The translations under genes and the position numbers were made by a program. The notes below the pieces were generated by a model. It saw only the letters and a program-made list of their open reading frames with translations, made no database searches and was not told the DNA's origin. Below, one piece after another: positions 32,700 to 37,975 of a stretch of 37,975 bases of DNA (position 1 is its first letter; every line of letters starts with the position of its first letter). The stretch covers positions 1 to 37,975 of the forward strand of contig JBBTYF010000040.1 in assembly GCA_038061935.1 (NCBI GenBank). The letters are read 5' to 3'. Source of the DNA: Patescibacteria group bacterium (GTDB lineage: Bacteria > Patescibacteriota > Minisyncoccia > Minisyncoccales > MHMH01).

Positions 32700-33716
32700 T
32701 TATTTGCCGATTAATCTTGCTATTCTTTTCAAGACGGCTGATTGCAGTATTTGAACGCCGAACTTAAAGAAAAAAACCGCGCCCAATAAAGCCAACGCCA
32801 ACTCAACCCCCCTGATGATAAAGACGAAAGCCATGGCAATATCCGTGCCCAAGCCCAAAGAATTGAAAATAAAAGATTGCACCGCCTCGTGGGAGCCTAG
32901 AGCGGCCGGGATGGGAATCAAGACCGCCAAGGAAGAAAAAGCGACGATGGAAACGATGGAAAAAACGCTTATTTCTTGGCCTAAAAATAAAAGCAGCAAG
33001 GAGGCTCTGCCCAGCAATATCAATTCGTGCAAAATACTTAAAGCAATGCCTTTCCACAGCGTCTTTCTATTTTTTAATGTAAAATATCTGAAGATTTCTT
33101 TCTCGACTTCAATCGCCGTATCTGCGCCGTTAAAATTTTTGGCGTTGAGTTTTTTAAGAAAAAAACGGATAATGCTTTCTTTCTTAATAATTTTAAAATA
33201 GAGGACGCCCAGTAAAACAACGATTAAAAGAGTGCCTAAAAAAACAATGAAATAAAATTTGGCCGGGATGAAAGCTACTTTTAGAATAAAAAACGCTATG
33301 CCGAAGGCGGCGGCCGCGATATAAACGGTGATTTCCAGGATTTTATCGATGATGACCGAGGCAATGGATTTAAACCAGGGAATGGCATATTTTTCTTTCA
33401 AATCGTAGCCTCTGAAGATTTCTCCTCCAAAAATCACCATAGGAAAGAAAAAAGCAATGGAAACGCCGGAAAGATAATATTCAAAAATCCTTAAAAGAGG
33501 AACATGATATTGCTGGCTTTTTAAAATGGTCCCCCACCGATAAGACCTGACCAGGGCCGACAAAACAGTTAAAAGTAAAATCAGCAAGCCGGCTTGAAAA
33601 GAAAAACGCCCGAGCGCCAATTTGATGTTCTCCCACCCCACGTGGTTGAGAATCCACCCGAAAAGCGCCAGGCCCACCAAAAGAGAAAACAAAAAAAACA
33701 GAACTCTTTTTATCAT
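32700..33716 (-). CDS. UPF0104 / lysyl-phosphatidylglycerol-synthase-TM-like (flippase-like) membrane protein
   Basis: 338 aa with about 8 TM segments. It has a family-typical N-terminus (W..I...L......L...LL....S.L.RS.RW..IL). Confidence 0.65.
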   Translation of the reverse strand: MIKRVLFFLFSLLVGLALFGWILNHVGWENIKLALGRFSFQAGLLILLLTVLSALVRSYRWGTILKSQQYHVPLLRIFEYYLSGVSIAFFFPMVIFGGEIFRGYDLKEKYAIPWFKSIASVIIDKILEITVYIAAAAFGIAFFILKVAFIPAKFYFIVFLGTLLIVVLLGVLYFKIIKKESIIRFFLKKLNAKNFNGADTAIEVEKEIFRYFTLKNRKTLWKGIALSILHELILLGRASLLLLFLGQEISVFSIVSIVAFSSLAVLIPIPAALGSHEAVQSFIFNSLGLGTDIAMAFVFIIRGVELALALLGAVFFFKFGVQILQSAVLKRIARLIGK

Positions 33717-33919
33717 TTCGCCGCCCTGTTTAAGTCCTCTAATAGTTTCTTTAAATCAAGTTGATGGACCGCGACGGCCTCCTCAATGCTTTCACCAGGC
33801 GCCATGGGACAGCCGATGCAATGAAGCCCGTGGTTCATGAGAACCGAAACAGTCTTGGGATATTTCATAGCCACTTCGCTGATGGTCATTTCCTTGGTTA
33901 TTTTTTGCGTCTTTTCCAT
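33713..33919 (-). CDS. DUF1858-type small redox-disulfide protein
   Basis: 68 aa. TISEVAMKYPKTVSVLMNHGLHCIGCPMAPGESIEEA matches the hybrid-cluster-associated CxxC domain pattern. ATGA overlap with the downstream gene. Confidence 0.7.
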   Translation of the reverse strand: MEKTQKITKEMTISEVAMKYPKTVSVLMNHGLHCIGCPMAPGESIEEAVAVHQLDLKKLLEDLNRAAK

Positions 33920-33926
33920 GTATTTT

Positions 33927-33955
33927 ATTATATCAAAACCCCGCCCTTTTTTAAA
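33927..33955 (-). promoter_or_regulatory. Promoter-like TTTAAA-17-TATAAT, 7 nt upstream of the DUF1858 ATG
   Basis: The minus strand reads TTTAAA (33950-33955), a 17-nt spacer, TATAAT (33927-33932), AAAATAC, then ATG. The geometry implies a leaderless mRNA. It overlaps the terminator hairpin. Confidence 0.4.
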
Positions 33956-33964
33956 GGGCGGGGT
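33938..33964 (-). terminator. Intrinsic terminator after the S8 protease gene
   Basis: ACCCCGCCCTTT-TTT-AAAGGGCGGGGT is a 12-bp stem. The minus strand continues with TTTTGAT. Confidence 0.75.
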
Positions 33965-34013
33965 AAAATCACTAAGGTTGAGGGATTTTGCTGAATATCT
34001 TTCGAGAGTCTAA

Positions 34014-35213
34014 TTACCGAACGTAGGGTAATCCAAATCCGGTTGCCGGATCGTCGCCAATAGGCAAAATGTCCTCAGCCAAATTATGGAGATAATTCCG
34101 AGTAGCTGCAGCTGTGCCCTGCCAGAGCTTAGCAGCCAGCCCTGAAACATGAGGAGTGGCCATAGAAGTACCGTCAGCAACATAATACCCACCGCTATTC
34201 CAAGTTGACTCAACGCTAACTCCGGGAGCGGCAAACTCAACCTCTTTTTCTTCCACAATATAATCTCCATCATTTATTCCTCTGGAAGACCAGTCAGGAA
34301 CCTGCTTTGCAACATCAATAGCTCCCACAGCAACCACTTTGGCGTTAGCTCCGGGGTAATCAATTGATCCTAAATCCGGACCGTCGTTACCGGCTGCGGC
34401 CACCACCAAAGCTCCCAATCCTACAGCATAATCAATCGCGTCCCGAATCAAAGAGCTTTGAGTATCACCCCCAAGGCTCATAGAAACAATCTCTGCTCCC
34501 TGATCTCCAGCATATCTTATGGCTATGGCGATATCGTCTGCCCAACACATCCCGCTGTTCCCACAGACCTTATAGGCCCAGAGGTCGGCTGCCGGAGCCA
34601 CTCCGTAAATTCCAAGTCCGTCCGCTCCCCCGTCTGCTAAAATGGTTCCTGCCACATGGGTGCCGTGACCATATCCGTCTTGACAGCCATTTTGAACTCC
34701 GCGCTTGGTAAAGTCTTTGCACTGTTTAACTCTTCGAAACAAGTCCAAATGATCTTTATAAACTCCGGTGTCAAGCACTGCCACGTCTATTCCAAGTCCG
34801 CCGGAAGTAGGGCCAATGGCGGGATTGTTATAAACCATCTCAATTCCCCAAGGAGTCTGATCTGTTGGATAATATGTTCTTGTACCGCCGTCGCCTCCGC
34901 CGTTCTTGCATTCCGGCCAAGGAGAACAAGCGCTGGGAGGAGCAGTAACTTGATATAGTTGAACCGGCTCAACAGAAAGTCCCAATATTGCTCCCAAAAC
35001 TTCCACAGCTTTAACTTGCCCCGGAGAAAGATCAGCAGTAAAACCATTGTCAAACTCATGATGAGAAGTTCCCACCATGGTTTGGACTAAATCCAAGCCA
35101 AAATCAGAACCAGAAATATAATATCTCTCGCTATTTCCTCCAGCCATCACTGAAACGCTTAAAATCAGTCCAGTAATGGCAATAATCGCAACAGAAATTT
35201 TCGATTTTTTCAT
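34014..35213 (-). CDS. Secreted subtilisin-like serine protease (peptidase S8)
   Basis: The catalytic triad motifs are VAVLDTGV (Asp), HGTHVAGT (His) and GTSMATPHVSG (Ser). The signal peptide is MKKSKISVAIIAITGLILSVSVMA. I prefer the ATG at 35213 over the track's TTG at 35225. Confidence 0.9.
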   Translation of the reverse strand: MKKSKISVAIIAITGLILSVSVMAGGNSERYYISGSDFGLDLVQTMVGTSHHEFDNGFTADLSPGQVKAVEVLGAILGLSVEPVQLYQVTAPPSACSPWPECKNGGGDGGTRTYYPTDQTPWGIEMVYNNPAIGPTSGGLGIDVAVLDTGVYKDHLDLFRRVKQCKDFTKRGVQNGCQDGYGHGTHVAGTILADGGADGLGIYGVAPAADLWAYKVCGNSGMCWADDIAIAIRYAGDQGAEIVSMSLGGDTQSSLIRDAIDYAVGLGALVVAAAGNDGPDLGSIDYPGANAKVVAVGAIDVAKQVPDWSSRGINDGDYIVEEKEVEFAAPGVSVESTWNSGGYYVADGTSMATPHVSGLAAKLWQGTAAATRNYLHNLAEDILPIGDDPATGFGLPYVR

Positions 35214-35261
35214 ATTTTTATCCAATTATTTAAACTCTACGACCTTTAATCTTCTTATTTT

Positions 35262-35289
35262 ATTATATCTTATAAAACACCTCTGTCAA
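35262..35289 (-). promoter_or_regulatory. Consensus sigma70 promoter for the S8 protease gene
   Basis: The minus strand reads TTGACA (35284-35289), a 16-nt spacer, then TATAAT (35262-35267). Confidence 0.6.
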
Positions 35290-35293
35290 ATCT

Positions 35294-35334
35294 TAAAAAC
35301 GAGAAAGGGGTTGCTGATGTTCATCAACAACCCC
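35294..35334 (-). terminator. Intrinsic terminator after the orphan secreted protein gene
   Basis: GGGGTTGCTGATG / CATCAACAACCCC is a 13-bp stem with one G:U on the transcript. The minus strand follows with TTTCTCGTTTTT. Confidence 0.75.
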
Positions 35335-35370
35335 TTTATAGTTAAGAAACTTAGAGAGCATAGGTGCTAC

Positions 35371-36240
35371 TTAGCCCTTGGTAACCGTAAAGGTATCGCT
35401 GATGAGCATGGTGCCACCGGCTTCGTTGATCCAGACCGAAAGTTGGTAGATAGTTCCCGCCGGGTCTCCTGCCGGCAAATCGGCATCTTTTAGATTGACG
35501 TGCCAGCTTCCGGCACCATAGGCATCGGTCGTGAAGGTGAAGGTCTGCTGGGTATTGAACAGTCCAGGCCAATACTGGTAAGTCTTTACAGCGGCACCGC
35601 TTGTGCTTGCCCATGTGCCAGTCCTCGTCCCTGGTGCTAAGTCAGCCCAAGTGCCACTCATTAATCCATCGGGATCAATAGTACCCGAAAGGCGCACCAC
35701 TAAAGACGATGGAACGTGGTCAGCAAAAATTTCTACAGTGGTACCGATAACGGAACCACTTGTAATTGTAAATGCTGACCCGCCAGCTGGAGGAATTGTA
35801 TTTAGACTTGTACCAGTTATCCCGGTCCCAACTTGGGTCAGGATTAGAGTTTCGGGGTAATCTATGCTCGCATAATTTACATTAATAACCCAAGTTCCCG
35901 CAACGTTCCAGCCCGTGAACACGGGGTATCCGGCATATCCCTTTGATATATTTACCGTGTATACGGTGTTCGGATTCAGGCCGCTCATAGCGCCGGTGAT
36001 GGTAACTTCGGTGTTGCCGTTCGGCTGGTTGACGATAAGCTTTGAGGCCGTGTCTGAGCCGGAAATATCTCTTGAACCGTAAGGCGGAACCGGCATAACT
36101 GCCGATGAGAGATTCCAGGGAACTTTTTGAGCTGTAGCTAGATTCCCCGCTGGTTTGGCCGCCATAGCTGGCACAGCCATAGGGATAAACAGACTAACCG
36201 CTAGCACAATAGCTAGCACCCAAGATGGTTTTCTTTTCAT
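35371..36240 (-). CDS. Secreted protein of unknown function, Gly/Thr-rich and beta-strand-rich
   Basis: I prefer the ATG at 36240. It has a classic signal peptide (MKRKPSWVLAIVLAVSLFIPMAVPAMA/AKP) and an AAGGAG SD. The mature region has repeated GTW motifs. No catalytic motif was recognised. Confidence 0.7.
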   Translation of the reverse strand: MKRKPSWVLAIVLAVSLFIPMAVPAMAAKPAGNLATAQKVPWNLSSAVMPVPPYGSRDISGSDTASKLIVNQPNGNTEVTITGAMSGLNPNTVYTVNISKGYAGYPVFTGWNVAGTWVINVNYASIDYPETLILTQVGTGITGTSLNTIPPAGGSAFTITSGSVIGTTVEIFADHVPSSLVVRLSGTIDPDGLMSGTWADLAPGTRTGTWASTSGAAVKTYQYWPGLFNTQQTFTFTTDAYGAGSWHVNLKDADLPAGDPAGTIYQLSVWINEAGGTMLISDTFTVTKG

Positions 36241-36260
36241 ATTTCTCCTTATTTCTCCTT
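36241..36260 (-). repeat. Exact tandem duplication of a 10-nt SD-containing unit
   Basis: The plus strand reads ATTTCTCCTT twice. The minus strand reads AAGGAGAAAT-AAGGAGAAAT-ATG. Confidence 0.85.
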
Positions 36261-36373
36261 TTTGTTCATTTTTTGTTACCGGGCTACCGAATTTTACCAT
36301 TAATCAATCAGTTTCAAGTCACTAAAATACCTCCTTCTCGCTCTCTAAATTTTTCTTTTTTCAATTAGAAAAG

Positions 36374-36405
36374 AGCAATAAAAAATAGCAGTATAATTCT
36401 GCTAT
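36374..36405 (-). terminator. Intrinsic terminator downstream of the EndoQ-Mth938 pair
   Basis: ATAGCAG-loop(7)-CTGCTAT (36385-36391 / 36399-36405). The minus strand follows with TTTTTTATT. Confidence 0.6.
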
Positions 36406-36419
36406 TTCTCCTATTTGTC

Positions 36420-36448
36420 ATATTAACACTTTATTAAATGTTTGTCAA
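36420..36448 (-). promoter_or_regulatory. Consensus-like promoter between the Mth938 stop codon and the terminator
   Basis: The minus strand reads TTGACA (36443-36448), a 17-nt spacer, then TAATAT (36420-36425). It fires directly into the 36374-36405 hairpin. Confidence 0.4.
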
Positions 36449-36459
36449 TGGCGGCTTCT

Positions 36460-36822
36460 CTAACAAGTTAAATGAAAAAGGCCAATAACCCTTTCCTGGA
36501 CCCCTTCCTCCTCGAACGACTCATCTTTTCTGATATTAAAGGTTCTGGTCGCTTGTTCTGTTTTATCAACAACAAGCTCTATCCCTCTGCTTTCGATTTC
36601 TTTTTTGGCGCGAGTGGTCACTTGCGCCATGCCTTGTTCTCCCGTACCAATCACTATCGTTTCTGGTCTTTGCTCCAAAGCATCGATAATATCTTCGTCG
36701 TCAATAATATGGGATTCCTGTCTCGGCCAATCAAAAATCTCACCCTCCCAATTAATCCCGATGTCGTGTTTATAAATTTTGCCGTTAATAGTAATCGAAC
36801 CGAACTTATATTCTTCAATCAT
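36460..36822 (-). CDS. Mth938-domain (DUF498/AAMDC-like) protein
   Basis: The pattern F.GSITINGKIY.HDI.I...G.I..W...SH.I...D......PE.IVIGTGE.G...V.......E.RGIEL.V..T..A...FN fits, as does the C-terminal LFHLTC. Confidence 0.65.
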   Translation of the reverse strand: MIEEYKFGSITINGKIYKHDIGINWEGEIFDWPRQESHIIDDEDIIDALEQRPETIVIGTGEQGMAQVTTRAKKEIESRGIELVVDKTEQATRTFNIRKDESFEEEGVQERVIGLFHLTC

Positions 36823-37973
36823 ATTAATGTTCCTTGTTTAGCTAATTTCTTTCGTTCATTTTTAGAAAAGATGCTGACCTTGCCGTAAACTCCGTCGTAA
36901 CCCGGCGTAATGGAAACCTTCCCCTCCCTCACCCTAATAATCCCTTCGGCGATTTCCGGCAAAGTCGCGCCGATAAGATCTTGTTTTGATGCTTCCAGTA
37001 AAATATTAAGTTCGCTGCCTAATTTTTTAATCAGGTTGTTGTATTCTATGCCTACACGTTTACTTGCCGTGGTAACTCCCAAGCTTTCGGCGATTATCTC
37101 CTCTAAAGGAACTAAGCTTTTAAACGGGATTGCTCCATTCGGGTGAAAGCCCTGTTTTCGGTCAGCTAAGCTTTCCACCCGGTTCATGACACCGATAACC
37201 AAGGGCTTCCCGCAAGTCGGGCAAATATTGTTGTATTTTTTCGATTCAGATGGAGTAAGAGAGATTCCGCAAGTTCTGTGCCCGTCGTAATGATATTTCC
37301 CCTCTTCCGGAAAGAACTCAATAGTATATAAGAATTTTTTCGGATCTTTGCTTTTAATCGCGCCGACAATCGCATCATAACTTAAGTTCGTGTCAAAAAC
37401 ATTAGCCTCCCTACCTAATTTCCGAGGGCTATGGGCGTCTGAGTTGCTGATTAAAGCAACCTTATCTAAAGCCGACAACCGCCAGTTCATTAAAGGGTCC
37501 GAGGACAACCCGGTTTCTATGGCATAAATATATTTTGAATATTCCTCAAAACACTCCTCAATTGAGTCAAAGCCAGACTTTGACCCGAAGATAGAGAACC
37601 AGGGCGTCCAGGCGTGGGCCGGAACGATAAAACAATCTTGAGAAATCCCTAAAACAATTTTCGCCAATTCTTTGACGTCTAACCCCAGAATCGGTCGGCC
37701 ATCTGACTTTATATTGCCAATAGAATTGAGGCGCGCGTTGATTTTTTCAACTATCTCTAGAGAAGGAGCAAAAATCAGAACGTGGATCTTCCGCACTTTA
37801 TTGCCCTGGCTGCCGGCAGGCAGGTTTTTGGTATAAATACAGCTGATTTCGGAAGTTAAAACGAAACGGGTCTCACTACCTGATTTCAGCTTATAAAGTC
37901 CCGGCTCGGCTGGAGTTAGATTTTCTTTAAGGGATCGGAACCACTCGGGGTGCGTAAAGTCGCCCGTGCCCAA
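36819..37973 (-). CDS. Endonuclease Q (PHP-domain plus zinc-finger lesion-specific endonuclease), 5'-truncated by the window edge
   Basis: LGTGDFTHPEW, VPAHAWTPW, GLSSD, SNSDAHSPRKLGREANVF, EGKYHYDGHR, CPTCGKPL and PGYDGVYG match the EndoQ (TIGR00375) pattern known from Pyrococcus. The ORF is open at 37973, so the HxH N-terminus lies outside the window. Confidence 0.85.
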   Translation of the reverse strand: MGTGDFTHPEWFRSLKENLTPAEPGLYKLKSGSETRFVLTSEISCIYTKNLPAGSQGNKVRKIHVLIFAPSLEIVEKINARLNSIGNIKSDGRPILGLDVKELAKIVLGISQDCFIVPAHAWTPWFSIFGSKSGFDSIEECFEEYSKYIYAIETGLSSDPLMNWRLSALDKVALISNSDAHSPRKLGREANVFDTNLSYDAIVGAIKSKDPKKFLYTIEFFPEEGKYHYDGHRTCGISLTPSESKKYNNICPTCGKPLVIGVMNRVESLADRKQGFHPNGAIPFKSLVPLEEIIAESLGVTTASKRVGIEYNNLIKKLGSELNILLEASKQDLIGATLPEIAEGIIRVREGKVSITPGYDGVYGKVSIFSKNERKKLAKQGTLI

Positions 37974-37975
37974 AA

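Noticed and set aside
34010-34273. 87-aa and 90-aa same-strand ORFs (34010-34273, 34787-35059), plus 35351-35614, overlapping the S8 protease and secreted-protein genes
   Set aside because: They are alternative frames of higher-GC genes, where long spurious ORFs are expected. The in-frame protease motifs identify the real frame.
36472-36888. 138-aa plus-strand ORF, and other antisense track ORFs (3135-3368, 4271-4483, 4687-4980, 8041-8373, 9198-9627, 24708-25082, 25460-25741, 26953-27249, 30002-30295, 32104-32403, 32815-33201, 34458-34958, 35603-35860)
   Set aside because: All lie antisense within well-supported genes, lack recognisable motifs and show off-frame-like composition.
1-37975. 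CRISPR arrays, tRNA/rRNA genes, transposases, toxin-antitoxin pairs or known defence systems; UGA recoding
   Set aside because: I saw no spaced direct-repeat arrays and no tRNA-like cloverleaf in the few spacers. I found no DDE, serine or tyrosine recombinase motifs and no recognisable defence-gene motifs. TGA clearly terminates conserved genes (smpB, polX, terC), so the standard code applies.

Overview
This is a compact, AT-rich bacterial fragment. Spot counts give about 36-40% GC, and TGA is used as a stop codon. Genes are short and tightly packed, with junctions of 2-5 nt or 4-nt ATGA overlaps. The content looks like a reduced-genome Patescibacteria/CPR-type organism, but that is inference only. 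A nearly unbroken minus-strand array spans 20-27688. It carries five aminoacyl-tRNA synthetases (leuS, metG, glyQS, ileS, argS), glmS, a GlmU-like enzyme, a two-subunit 2-oxoacid:ferredoxin oxidoreductase, and mtnP, purM, tatD, terC, rsmI, recO and panD. A plus-strand block follows: smpB-ssrA(tmRNA)-infC-rpmI-rplT. A second minus-strand block then holds GNAT, PolX, membrane proteins, a higher-GC secreted S8 protease plus an orphan secreted protein, an Mth938-like protein and a 5'-truncated EndoQ. No CRISPR array, rRNA, tRNA, transposase or recognisable defence system was seen. The observations most worth a second look are these. (1) A 141-nt MITE-like element with terminal inverted repeats and a TTCA duplication separates the polX ATG from its ORF. 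(2) A complete histidine-phosphatase domain is inserted inside the zinc knuckle of IleS. (3) An identical 27-nt hairpin module sits in frame in both ileS and argS, with a related 31-nt perfect palindrome elsewhere in ileS. (4) The tmRNA gene's 5' acceptor strand contains the smpB stop codon, and its 3' end abuts infC. All functional calls come from motif recognition by eye. No database search was run.
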